Source: an uncultured Erysipelotrichaceae bacterium
Lineage (GTDB): Bacteria > Bacillota_I > Bacilli_A > Erysipelotrichales > Erysipelotrichaceae
Reading direction: 5' to 3'
NCBI GenBank assembly: GCA_902773425.1
Contig: CACYEP010000075.1
Coordinates: 1-54,253, forward strand
DNA: 54,253 nt
Shown here: in pieces, positions 1 to 8,569 of the stretch
How positions within the stretch are numbered: the first letter of the stretch is position 1
Layout of the letters: every line of letters begins with the position of its first letter
The notes under the pieces: model-generated
Database searches by the model: none
The model's input: the letters and a program-made list of their open reading frames with translations, nothing else
Told to the model about the DNA's origin: nothing
Translations under genes and position numbers: made by a program

Positions 1-1
1 C

Positions 2-625
2 GCAAGACGCCACGCGGAAGCCATCGGAAAGCCCTATGAAGAATGCGATTTTATCGTTTGCCATATTGACGGAGGCATCTCTGTCACCGCACATCATCAC
101 GGACGCATGATTGACGGCAATAACGCCGGAGGCGGCGAAGGCCCGTTCACCCCGACCCGCATGGGTTCAATGGCGGTTACCGATGTTTTGGAACACTTAT
201 ATGGCGAGCCTTATGAAAAACTGAGGTCATATTGTTCGCAAACCGGCGGTCTTTCCAGCCATTTCGGCACTTCCGACTCCGATAAGATTCACAAAATGAT
301 TGAAGACGGAGACGAATACGCAAAGCTTGTGTGGGACGCGATGATCTATCAGGTCTGTAAATCCATCGGTTCCATGATGCCGGTGCTGAAAGGTCACGCG
401 GACGCGATCGTACTGACCGGAGGCCTTCTGCGATTCCCGGAAATTGAAGAAACAATCCGCGATCGCTGCGGATTCATTGCGCCGGTCGTCTCGTACCCTG
501 GAGAATTCGAACATGAAGCCATGGCCCGCGCCGGTTACGAAGTTCTCACCGGGAAAGTTACTCCGAAGACATATCCGGGCAAACCGGTATTTAATCCAAG
601 CACAATAAAACCATCTTCGAAATGA
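2..625 (+). CDS. buk: butyrate kinase (acetate/butyrate kinase ASKHA family), C-terminal ~207 aa; 5' end cut by window
   Basis: The frame is open from nt 2 (ARRHAEAIGKPYEECDFIVCHIDGGISVTAHHHGRMIDG...) into tracked ORF 107..625. The HxDGGIS, GGEGPFTP and VLTGGL segments are typical of butyrate kinases. The stop codon (623-625) lies inside a terminator hairpin. Confidence 0.8.
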   Translation, partial: ARRHAEAIGKPYEECDFIVCHIDGGISVTAHHHGRMIDGNNAGGGEGPFTPTRMGSMAVTDVLEHLYGEPYEKLRSYCSQTGGLSSHFGTSDSDKIHKMIEDGDEYAKLVWDAMIYQVCKSIGSMMPVLKGHADAIVLTGGLLRFPEIEETIRDRCGFIAPVVSYPGEFEHEAMARAGYEVLTGKVTPKTYPGKPVFNPSTIKPSSK

Positions 626-640
626 AGATGGTTTATTTTT
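608..640. terminator. bidirectional intrinsic terminator shared by convergent buk and the 633..1145 gene
   Basis: AAACCATCTTC (608-618), a 5-nt loop, then GAAGATGGTTT (624-634), followed by ATTTTT. Both stop codons are embedded in the stem-loop. Confidence 0.6.
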
Positions 641-1145
641 GAATCCGGATCATCTGCGCAAGTTTCTTGACGCTTTCCTGATTTAAATTCACGGTTTCCA
701 GATAATATACGGTTCCCGTATCTTTACTGTATACATACATGCCGTATACTTCCGGTCCCGAACTTTCCAGGTAATAAAAGGCTTCGATTGTATCCTTGAG
801 CATTTCCGTAAAATGAACAGCGTATCCCTTTTCCCTCGCGGATTCCCTGAGGTTCGCATATTCTTCCTCAGAGATTCCCGGAAGTTCAATTTTGACAGAA
901 GTAATCACCGGATGATCTTCAGACGCGGAATACTCTTTCCGGTAGATGACTCCGTTTTTCAGGTCGGTCTTTTCCACGATCTTAAACGGCACCGGCACAA
1001 CAATTCCCTTATACAGCATATTCGTATAATTGAAGGTCTGAACCCAGATTGAGTACGCTAAAACAAGCACCAGAACAATCACACCGATGAACTTATAACG
1101 CTTCAGCGCATTCCTGAATTCTTCACGGAATTCTTTCTCGTTCAT
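633..1145 (-). CDS. hypothetical membrane-anchored protein (single N-terminal TM helix)
   Basis: ORF 633..1151. I prefer the ATG at 1145 because AAGGAG sits 7 nt upstream; the 1151 start is GTG and overlaps that RBS. Hydrophobic segment FIGVIVLVLVLAYSIWV. No motif recognised. Confidence 0.5.
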   Translation of the reverse strand: MNEKEFREEFRNALKRYKFIGVIVLVLVLAYSIWVQTFNYTNMLYKGIVVPVPFKIVEKTDLKNGVIYRKEYSASEDHPVITSVKIELPGISEEEYANLRESAREKGYAVHFTEMLKDTIEAFYYLESSGPEVYGMYVYSKDTGTVYYLETVNLNQESVKKLAQMIRIQK

Positions 1146-1147
1146 AT

Positions 1148-2068
1148 TCACTCCTTTGGAATTTCCAGATGTCCCTTATGCGAAATCATATATCCTGCGA
1201 TCCGGTTTCCTTCCTTCACACATTCCGTAACCGTCTTTCCTTTTTGGTATGCGTACAGGAATCCCGCATCAAATGTATCTCCTGCGCCAACCGTCTGATA
1301 TACCTTTACCTTCTTCACTGGAACGGTTACGCATTTACCCTTTTCATATACCGCGGACGGACGGTTTCCGTCATGAACGATCACGGTCTTCGTTTTGGAA
1401 AGCTTCCGGCAATACTCTTCCGGTTCATCGCCCTTGGTCAGGCATCCGAAGTCTTCTTCGCGCGATCCCATAATTACATCGGACAATCGGATCAGCTTGT
1501 GCAGATATTTCCGGCGGTTCCTGTTCAATCCGTAGGTTTCCTTACGAAGATTCAGGTCCGTGACAAACACCGAACCGGTATTATTCTTCATATGTTCCAT
1601 GAAGTCCGTAACGGATTTCATTGTCTCTTCTTCATTGGTCAGCACCATTCCGCTGGTGAAGATCAAATAATCATCTTCCGGAATATCCGCGAAGGACGAT
1701 GCGCTGAATTTCAAAAAACTTCCGCGCGGAGGCACCCAGGGCAAAATCACTCTTTCCTTGGCATCATCAATCACCGCGATACAAATCAACGAATCTCCTG
1801 ACACACGCTTGGAGTATGTCAGATCCACGCCGTATTGAATCAGGGTTTCTTCAAGGAATTTCCCTGTTCCGTCATCGTACAGATTTGTCACAAGATACGG
1901 ATTCGCGCCTAGTTTTCCCAACACCGACGCAACATTTCCGACCGTTCCGCCTGCCCGCAGGGAAACTTCCGCTTTCTTATTCGCAGATTTATTCACGGCA
2001 TAAGATTTCGCTTCGGCGTACGGAACGATCAAATCCGCATTTAAATCACCGATGCACAGGATTTTCAT
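1148..2068 (-). CDS. PfkB/ribokinase-family carbohydrate kinase
   Basis: MKILCIGDLNADLIV N-terminus and C-terminal GAGDTFDAGFLYA anion-hole motif of the PfkB family. AAGGAG RBS. The ATGA overlap with the upstream gene implies translational coupling. Confidence 0.75.
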   Translation of the reverse strand: MKILCIGDLNADLIVPYAEAKSYAVNKSANKKAEVSLRAGGTVGNVASVLGKLGANPYLVTNLYDDGTGKFLEETLIQYGVDLTYSKRVSGDSLICIAVIDDAKERVILPWVPPRGSFLKFSASSFADIPEDDYLIFTSGMVLTNEEETMKSVTDFMEHMKNNTGSVFVTDLNLRKETYGLNRNRRKYLHKLIRLSDVIMGSREEDFGCLTKGDEPEEYCRKLSKTKTVIVHDGNRPSAVYEKGKCVTVPVKKVKVYQTVGAGDTFDAGFLYAYQKGKTVTECVKEGNRIAGYMISHKGHLEIPKE

Positions 2069-2745
2069 TCAAACTCCTTCGCAATCCGGCAGAATTCCTT
2101 CACGCGCTTTATATCTTTCCCGATGATCACACCGTCTTTTTTGATGCTGGTCTTCGTCAGGGAATCCACTCCCCACGGATGTGTCTTCCGTATTACTTCT
2201 GCGACATTCTCCGGGCCGAGTCCTCCCGCAACAATTACCGGCACATTGACGGTTTCTATAATCTTCCGGTCAATATTCCAGTCATGTGTCACTCCCGCGG
2301 CACCGATTCCGGCAATGTTCGGATCTACGCTGTCCAGGATGATGCAATCCGCATATTCACTGATCCGTAAGGCTTCCTGTACGGCGCTTTCATCCGTAAC
2401 ACCGACCGCTTCCATCAATTCAATTTCCGGAAACCGTTCCCGCAATTTCTCACGGAACCGCACACTTCCCTTATATCCTGCGCAAAGATGAAGCACATCC
2501 GGACGCAGGTATTCCAATTGGCTGAAAATTTCCTCTTCGGTATCCTGAACGCTGATCAATACGGAAGTTGCCTTTCCTTTAAGCGCCTCAAAAACCGGCT
2601 TGGCTTCCTCCGCCGTGATTTCACACGGATACCGGTTCGGATTCTCCGGCGTATTCACCAGGATACCCACCCGGTCCGCACCGGCTTTAACGCATGCCAG
2701 TGCTTCATCTGCATTCATAATGGAATAGATCTGTGTTTTCATCAT
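2065..2745 (-). CDS. TrpF-like (phosphoribosylanthranilate isomerase fold) TIM-barrel protein, probably not a genuine PRAI
   Basis: Aligns by eye with TrpF: GADRVGILV, IILDS (general-acid Asp kept), GVTHDW and VAGGLGPENV. The N-terminal K-I-C-G catalytic-Cys motif reads Q-I-Y-S. Confidence 0.6.
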   Translation of the reverse strand: MMKTQIYSIMNADEALACVKAGADRVGILVNTPENPNRYPCEITAEEAKPVFEALKGKATSVLISVQDTEEEIFSQLEYLRPDVLHLCAGYKGSVRFREKLRERFPEIELMEAVGVTDESAVQEALRISEYADCIILDSVDPNIAGIGAAGVTHDWNIDRKIIETVNVPVIVAGGLGPENVAEVIRKTHPWGVDSLTKTSIKKDGVIIGKDIKRVKEFCRIAKEFE

Positions 2746-3569
2746 TATTTCCCGGGAAATGAATCTTCATTCTCCCCTTTTTCCGCGCTCTGTTCATTTT
2801 CAACCTGCGCATCCAGTGCAGCCTGGTATGCGTATTCGGCTTCCATCTCAGCGTTTTCCCTCTCCTGTACCAAATCATAATAGTAGATCCATTTGGACTC
2901 GAGGATATACGGCCGGACCAGCGGAAGACCTAAACCGAAAATATACGGTCCGAGATAATACGCAGCGATATACCAGCCGAAGAACAGCAAATCAAACCGG
3001 AAGTAGTCCATGCGATGCCCTTCCGCCTTACTCTTAACATACTCCAGAGTTTCATCCGTATTCCATTCCGGATGATCAAACAGGACATAATCCAGGAAAT
3101 AGTACGAATATCTCTCTTTGATTCCCGGCACAACGAGCAGCAGCGTCCTCAGGGCGACACTGATATCCGCCAGTGCCTTTGTCTTAACAATTTGAAGATA
3201 GTTTTCCCTGAATCCCCGGAATACGATTCCGAAGCTTCCGTCTGCGCGGAAAGAGTTCACGATTCCGTAATTAAGCACATTGAAAAACAGGAACCGCAGA
3301 AGCAGCATCACTCCCGCACCGATGGCCAGATACATCCGCATGGATAGCCATTGTTCCCACGTGTAATTAAGAAGAGGCCTCTGAAGGAACATGATATAGA
3401 TCCGGTCGATTTTTCCTTCCTGCGTCAATAAAAATGCGTATTGGAACAACTCCCCTGTCAGCAGCGCGCCGGTCAGGACCACCGACAAAAGCCGGAAATA
3501 GGCTGACTTTAAAACGCCTCTGGCTTTGAGACGGTATTCATAAAATTTCCGGAACAATTCCTCATTCAT
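2745..3569 (-). CDS. polytopic integral membrane protein (possibly DUF975-like)
   Basis: 274-aa ORF with several hydrophobic helices and a charged C-terminal tail. It overlaps its neighbours by 1 nt and 8 nt, so it appears to be in the operon. The family assignment is tentative. Confidence 0.5.
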   Translation of the reverse strand: MNEELFRKFYEYRLKARGVLKSAYFRLLSVVLTGALLTGELFQYAFLLTQEGKIDRIYIMFLQRPLLNYTWEQWLSMRMYLAIGAGVMLLLRFLFFNVLNYGIVNSFRADGSFGIVFRGFRENYLQIVKTKALADISVALRTLLLVVPGIKERYSYYFLDYVLFDHPEWNTDETLEYVKSKAEGHRMDYFRFDLLFFGWYIAAYYLGPYIFGLGLPLVRPYILESKWIYYYDLVQERENAEMEAEYAYQAALDAQVENEQSAEKGENEDSFPGK

Positions 3570-4416
3570 GGTCTTTGTTGAAATACTCCTTGTAGATTTC
3601 GTTTTTGGAGATCCCGAACCGTTCCGCCGTTTTACGTATGGCGGATGATTTCGATTCTCCTGCCGCTATATAGTTTTCGATTACTGTCATCCAGTCCTCG
3701 GATTTGAGTGTTTCTTCTTCAGGACGGTATCCTTCCATGACGACGACCATCTCGCCTTTCAATCCGTCTGCGATTTCCAGCACCTCGGAAACCGTTCCGC
3801 GGATAAACTCCTCATGAATCTTGGTTAATTCTCTCGCGAGACACATCCTCCGGTCTCCGAGAACTTCCAGGCAGTCTTCCAGCATCTTCCCGATTCTGTG
3901 CGGAGCCTCATAGAACACAAGAGTTTCTTCGTGTTTTTCCAGCTTCTTTAATGCCTTGACACGCTCCGATTTCTTCGATCCCAGAAAGCCGTAAAAGGTA
4001 AACGGTTGGGCCGGAAGTCCCGAACCGACCAATGCCGACAGGCACGCATTCGGTCCGTTTACCACCACAACCGGAAATCCGCATTCCGAAGCCTTGTTCG
4101 TGACAGTCTGTCCCGGGTCGGACAACAACGGATATCCCGCATCCGAAACAACCGCAACCTTCTTTCCTTCTTTCAGAAGTTTGATGATTCCTTCCGCGGA
4201 TTCTTCTTCATTGAAAAGGTGGTACGCAATCATTTTCGTACCGATTTCAAAATGCTTGAGGAGTTTCCCGGTATTTCTGGTATCCTCCGCCGCAATCACA
4301 TCCGCTTCCTTCAGCACCGAGACAGCGCGCGGAGTCATCTCTTCAAGATTTCCGATCGGAGTCGCCACCAGATACAGTGCCGCCCCGTCCTTTTCAAAAC
4401 TCTTTTGACGGATCAT
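3562..4416 (-). CDS. rsmI: 16S rRNA (cytidine1402-2'-O)-methyltransferase RsmI
   Basis: GALYLVATPIGNLEEMTPRAVSVLKEADVIAAEDTRNTGKLL is the canonical RsmI N-terminus. Conserved synteny with ricT/holB/tmk. Confidence 0.9.
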   Translation of the reverse strand: MIRQKSFEKDGAALYLVATPIGNLEEMTPRAVSVLKEADVIAAEDTRNTGKLLKHFEIGTKMIAYHLFNEEESAEGIIKLLKEGKKVAVVSDAGYPLLSDPGQTVTNKASECGFPVVVVNGPNACLSALVGSGLPAQPFTFYGFLGSKKSERVKALKKLEKHEETLVFYEAPHRIGKMLEDCLEVLGDRRMCLARELTKIHEEFIRGTVSEVLEIADGLKGEMVVVMEGYRPEEETLKSEDWMTVIENYIAAGESKSSAIRKTAERFGISKNEIYKEYFNKDHE

Positions 4417-5754
4417 TTATTCTCCTTCGGTTTTCGGAGTTTCATTCCGTCTTTCGCGGTTTCCCTGACGTCTTGGACCTCTGCGGTCATTTCTCCGGTC
4501 ATTCCGGCGGTTTCTGTCCGGACGCTGCGGTCTTCTTTCCGCGTTCTGTTCGGAATTCTCCTGTCCGTTTTCAGTCTCCGGACGTTCGCTTCTGCGCTCC
4601 GGGCGGTTTTGCCGTCCTTCGCCTCTTTGTTCGGAACGCTGATCATTCCGGTGATTCCTTTGATTCCGGTCTCTTCTTTGATTATTCCGGTCTTTCTTTT
4701 CCCGCGGTTCCGGTTTCGTCTCCTGTTCCGGCTCGGCCTTAATTTCTTCCGCCGGCTCTTCAATCACAGGTTCTTCCTTCTTTTCACGAAGATCCACTCT
4801 TTGTCTGGTCGGTCTTCTGGTTTCTTTATCCTTTTCAGAAGATTCTTCCTGATTACGCGCCGCAATTTCTCTTTCCCTTTGTGCCTTCATGAAGTTTTGA
4901 ATGTTGATGTCGTGTTCCTCATTGAACTTGATCAATGCCTTCAGATCATCCAAGGACATATCCACAACTTCCATGGAATTCGATAAACGCGCAGAGTTAT
5001 CCAGCACATTCATCGAGGTAATACGGTAACGGTTTCCGTTATAAATCACGGAAGCGTTCATTTTCGGAAGACCCTGACGCAGAACCTTATAGTCTTCATT
5101 TTCATAAGCCAGGCAGCACATCAGTTTTCCGCACTGTCCGGATAATTTCTGCGGATTGAGGGCCAAAAGCTGGTTTTTCGCCATGTTGATGGAGATTGTT
5201 CCGAAATCTTTCTGGAAACGGTTGCAGCAAAGCGGCATTCCGCAGATTCCGATTCCGCCGACCATCTTCGCTTTGTCTCTCGGCCCGATCTGGCGCAATT
5301 CGATTCTCGTATGGAAAATCGAAGCCAGTACCTTCAGCAATTCACGGAAGTCCACGCGTTCTTCCGCGACATAGGTAAATACGATCTTACTGCGGTCCAG
5401 CGTATACTCCGCGCTGGTCAAAACCATCGGAAGCTCGCATTGGTCGATTGCCTCGCGGCATTTTTCCATCGCTCCCGCTTCGTCCTGGCGGTTGCGTTCC
5501 CTTTGCGCAAGGTCTCCCGCAGTAGCTACACGGATTACCGGCTTGATCACCGAATCCAGTTCCGGCTTTCCTTCCGTAGGTTCTCCCATGACCGTTCCGA
5601 TTTCCAATCCCCGGACGGTCTCTACGACGACTTCATCATTTTTATGAATGTTATCGCTGTTGGTTCCGAACGAATATGTCTTTTCCCCCGGATGAAACCG
5701 GACAGGAACGATCTTCGCGTAGGAAACTTCAACAACTTCCTTTTCCTCTTCCAT
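4417..5754 (-). CDS. ricT: PSP1-domain protein RicT/YaaT with a ~155-aa Arg/Glu/Asn-rich C-terminal extension
   Basis: PSP1 core with Cys clusters (GICGMPLCC, GQCGKLMCC). Position downstream of holB as in Bacillus. Residues ~290-445 are low-complexity (RNDRRNDRRGPRRQGNRERR). Confidence 0.85.
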   Translation of the reverse strand: MEEEKEVVEVSYAKIVPVRFHPGEKTYSFGTNSDNIHKNDEVVVETVRGLEIGTVMGEPTEGKPELDSVIKPVIRVATAGDLAQRERNRQDEAGAMEKCREAIDQCELPMVLTSAEYTLDRSKIVFTYVAEERVDFRELLKVLASIFHTRIELRQIGPRDKAKMVGGIGICGMPLCCNRFQKDFGTISINMAKNQLLALNPQKLSGQCGKLMCCLAYENEDYKVLRQGLPKMNASVIYNGNRYRITSMNVLDNSARLSNSMEVVDMSLDDLKALIKFNEEHDINIQNFMKAQREREIAARNQEESSEKDKETRRPTRQRVDLREKKEEPVIEEPAEEIKAEPEQETKPEPREKKDRNNQRRDRNQRNHRNDQRSEQRGEGRQNRPERRSERPETENGQENSEQNAERRPQRPDRNRRNDRRNDRRGPRRQGNRERRNETPKTEGE

Positions 5755-5755
5755 T

Positions 5756-6736
5756 CTATGCCTCCTTATTCAATTCATATCCCAATCTGTCGATCAACAA
5801 ATTCGCGTTCGCACTTACTAACAGATCATCTTTGCACTGTAATAATACTATCATCATTTCCTTCGCGGAACAGGGTCCTTCCCGGAAATGTGCCAGGCCT
5901 TCATCCCACTTTTCGCTGATGCCGGTCTTGTTTTCAAGACAATCTTTCAAAAATACACATCCGGCGGATAGGAACCAGCTGAATGTCTCTTTCACTTTCG
6001 ACTTATCCGTGCTTCCGAATGCATCTTCTTCCAGATAATAGACTCCCGCATAGACGCCGTGACGGAGATGTTTCACAAACTCCAGCCATACGGTCACGGC
6101 ACTCTGATAGGTTTCTTTTTCCGACGTCTGTTTCATCATGTCGGTATCATCCACATTTTCCGCCAAAATATGCGCATCCAATGCCGTTAGTCCCATCTCC
6201 ATGGCCTGTTTTTCCAATTCGATTCCCGAAGGTTTGTAAAACGGCACGGTCTTGCAGCGGGACACAACCGTCGGCAGTAACCGTTCCGGATTATCCGTTG
6301 TCAAAATCGCCGTAATCTTCTGTTCGGGCTCTTCCAGGAACTTCAGAATGCTGTTCATTGAAGACAGGGTCATATTATCTACGGAATAGATGATATATGC
6401 TTTCTCGCCGTATTCTTCCAGCGCTGTCTTTGCGCAATATTCCTGCAAGTCCGCAACTTCTTCCTTTTTTATCATCTTTTCCGATCCGTCCAGGATCTTG
6501 ATATCCGCAAAGTTTCCGGTCCGGATTCTTTCGCAGACATCGCACTCTCCGCATGCCCATCCGTCCTCATCCGTATTCGGGCATACCAAGGACTGCGCAA
6601 ACAAAACCGCCGCTTCTCTTTTCCGGGTTCCTTTCGGTCCCGCGAACAGATAAGCGCAGGAAGTCTGGTTTTTTCTTAAATCATTTTCCAGCATCCTGTA
6701 CGCAACGGGCTGGTGTTCACGCATCCAATCTTTCAT
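5756..6736 (-). CDS. holB: DNA polymerase III subunit delta'
   Basis: AYLFAGPKGTRKREAA Walker-like loop, CGECDVCERI zinc module, and ILTT...LPTVVSRC (SRC motif). Start chosen at ATG 6736, which makes an ATGA overlap with the tmk stop, rather than the upstream non-ATG start at 6760. Confidence 0.85.
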   Translation of the reverse strand: MKDWMREHQPVAYRMLENDLRKNQTSCAYLFAGPKGTRKREAAVLFAQSLVCPNTDEDGWACGECDVCERIRTGNFADIKILDGSEKMIKKEEVADLQEYCAKTALEEYGEKAYIIYSVDNMTLSSMNSILKFLEEPEQKITAILTTDNPERLLPTVVSRCKTVPFYKPSGIELEKQAMEMGLTALDAHILAENVDDTDMMKQTSEKETYQSAVTVWLEFVKHLRHGVYAGVYYLEEDAFGSTDKSKVKETFSWFLSAGCVFLKDCLENKTGISEKWDEGLAHFREGPCSAKEMMIVLLQCKDDLLVSANANLLIDRLGYELNKEA

Positions 6737-7353
6737 AACACGGATTTCAAATACTCCCACACATCCTCAATGACTTCATCTGCCGGTTTGTTGGCGTCGA
6801 AAGTCCGGATCTCATCTTTATACATCTCATTGATCTTCTTATAGCCTTCAAATACCTTTTCGTGGAAAGACAGTGCTTCCTGATCCAATCTGTCCAGGTA
6901 CCTGCGGTTCTTTAAGCGGTCAATGCCGGTTTTCGCTTCAATATCCAAAAAGACCGTATGATCAGGCATATGATGTTCAATCGCAAACTCGTTGATCCGC
7001 AATACTTCTTCTATACCGATTCCTCTCGCATATCCCTGATACACCAAGGAACTTAATACATAACGGTCCGATAATACAACCGTTCCTCTTTCCAATGCCG
7101 GAAGTACTTTTTCCATTAAGTGCTGTCTGCGGCTTGCCGCATACAGAAGCGCCTCTGTCCTTGGGTCCATCGCGGTATTCTTCGGATCAAGAATAACTCT
7201 GCGAATCTGTTCCGAAATCTCGATTCCTCCCGGTTCGCGGGTATAGATTACGTCATATCCTTCTTTTTTCATGCGTTCATAGATTGCTTCCGAAACGGTG
7301 GTTTTTCCCGATCCGTCACATCCTTCAAACGCAATAAACTGTCCTTTTGCCAT
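6733..7353 (-). CDS. tmk: thymidylate kinase
   Basis: FIAFEGCDGSGKTT P-loop and DRY motif. Start at ATG 7353 (MAKGQFIAFEG), preceded by GCAGAGG. The ATG at 7371 has no RBS. Confidence 0.9.
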   Translation of the reverse strand: MAKGQFIAFEGCDGSGKTTVSEAIYERMKKEGYDVIYTREPGGIEISEQIRRVILDPKNTAMDPRTEALLYAASRRQHLMEKVLPALERGTVVLSDRYVLSSLVYQGYARGIGIEEVLRINEFAIEHHMPDHTVFLDIEAKTGIDRLKNRRYLDRLDQEALSFHEKVFEGYKKINEMYKDEIRTFDANKPADEVIEDVWEYLKSVL

Positions 7354-7412
7354 AGTAAAAACCTCTGCCATCTATTTTATCATAGTTGCCGTTTTTTTTC
7401 CTTATTACAATC

Positions 7413-7437
7413 ATGCCCCGCTTTTCCGGCGGGGCAT
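7413..7437 (-). terminator. GC-rich hairpin downstream of the AKR gene (no clear U-tract)
   Basis: ATGCCCCGC (7413-7421) pairs with GCGGGGCAT (7429-7437). It starts 5 nt past the stop codon. The absent U-run keeps confidence low. Confidence 0.35.
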
Positions 7438-7441
7438 TGTC

Positions 7442-8569
7442 TTACGATTCAAATGTTACAGCTGCGTTTTTCAGAAGTTCAATGATCGGAAGTCCCTGCG
7501 GGCAGACACTTTCGCATTGACCGCACTGGATACAGTCGCTTGCTTTTCCGTGTTCTTTCGTCGCTTCTTCGTACATGCGGTTTCCGCGGCGCACATCATT
7601 CAGCGCCAAGATCTTGTTCTGTGCCGCCAGGATATCCGGAATGGAAATCTCCATCGGGCAGCCTTCCGTACAATATCTGCACGCGGTGCACGGAATCAGT
7701 TCTACAGCGCGCAATGCTTCCTGCGCTTTGCGGATCACTTCTTCCTCTTCTTCCGTTAACGGTTTGAACTCTTTCATGTAAGAGGTATTATCTTCCACCT
7801 GTTCAATCGTCGACATACCGCTTAATACCGCCAGGATGCCTTCATGCGACGCGACGAACCGGATTGCCCAGGATGCGTAAGACGCACCCGGATCCGCTTC
7901 ATCGAAGATCTTCTTCACTGCCGGAATCGGATTTGCCAGGGTTCCTCCCTTGACCGGCTCCATTACAACGATCGGTTTGCCGAACCTGCGGGCAATCTCA
8001 TAGTTCCTGCGGGACTGTACGGATTCATCTTCCCAGTCCGCGTAGTTGATCTGAAGCTGTACGAATTCCGCTTCCGGATGTTCGGTCAAAAGGCGCTCAA
8101 GAAGTTCCGGAGATCCGTGGAACGAAAAGCCCATGTGACGGATTTTGCCCTCCGCCTTCTTCTTTTTTACGAATTCCCAGATCCCGTAATCTTCATACTT
8201 TTTATAGTTCCCGTCACCGAGCGCATGAAGAAGATAATAGTCGAAATATCCGGCTCCGGTTCTTTCCAAGCTGATTTCGAATTCTTTTTTCGCTTCTTCT
8301 TCCGTCACTCCGCCCATGGCCGCATTCAATTTTGTCGCAATGGTATACGTACTGCGCGGATGACGGTCCACAAGGCACTCTTTCATGACCGCTTCGCTGC
8401 CTGTATACACAAATGCCGTATCGAAGTACGTAAATCCGGCGTCCAGGAATTTGTCCACCATCTGTTTGATCTGTTCTTTGTCGAACTCCTCCGGATTATC
8501 CGCCAGACGCGGTAATCTCATCAATCCGAATCCTAACTTTCCGCTTTCATTTCCGAATTTGTTAATCAT
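7442..8569 (-). CDS. aldo/keto reductase fused to a C-terminal 2x[4Fe-4S] ferredoxin-like domain
   Basis: AKR core (GFGLMRLP, FDTAFVY, HMGFSFHG) followed by CTACRYCTEGCP and CIQCGQCESVCP motifs. Start moved to ATG 8569, which has AAGGAGG 6 nt upstream and an 8-nt overlap with the larC stop. Confidence 0.8.
   Translation of the reverse strand: MINKFGNESGKLGFGLMRLPRLADNPEEFDKEQIKQMVDKFLDAGFTYFDTAFVYTGSEAVMKECLVDRHPRSTYTIATKLNAAMGGVTEEEAKKEFEISLERTGAGYFDYYLLHALGDGNYKKYEDYGIWEFVKKKKAEGKIRHMGFSFHGSPELLERLLTEHPEAEFVQLQINYADWEDESVQSRRNYEIARRFGKPIVVMEPVKGGTLANPIPAVKKIFDEADPGASYASWAIRFVASHEGILAVLSGMSTIEQVEDNTSYMKEFKPLTEEEEEVIRKAQEALRAVELIPCTACRYCTEGCPMEISIPDILAAQNKILALNDVRRGNRMYEEATKEHGKASDCIQCGQCESVCPQGLPIIELLKNAAVTFES

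Noticed and set aside
4006-4986. 326-aa plus-strand ORF, plus several others such as 1169..1801, 5311..5919, 7844..8515, 10220..10837, 25527..26120 and 32281..32874
   Set aside because: All lie antisense to minus-strand genes with unmistakable family motifs (rsmI/ricT, pfkB, holB, AKR, ychF, fhs, serS). Their translations are low-complexity or Ser/Arg/Phe-rich with no RBS. They are shadow ORFs.
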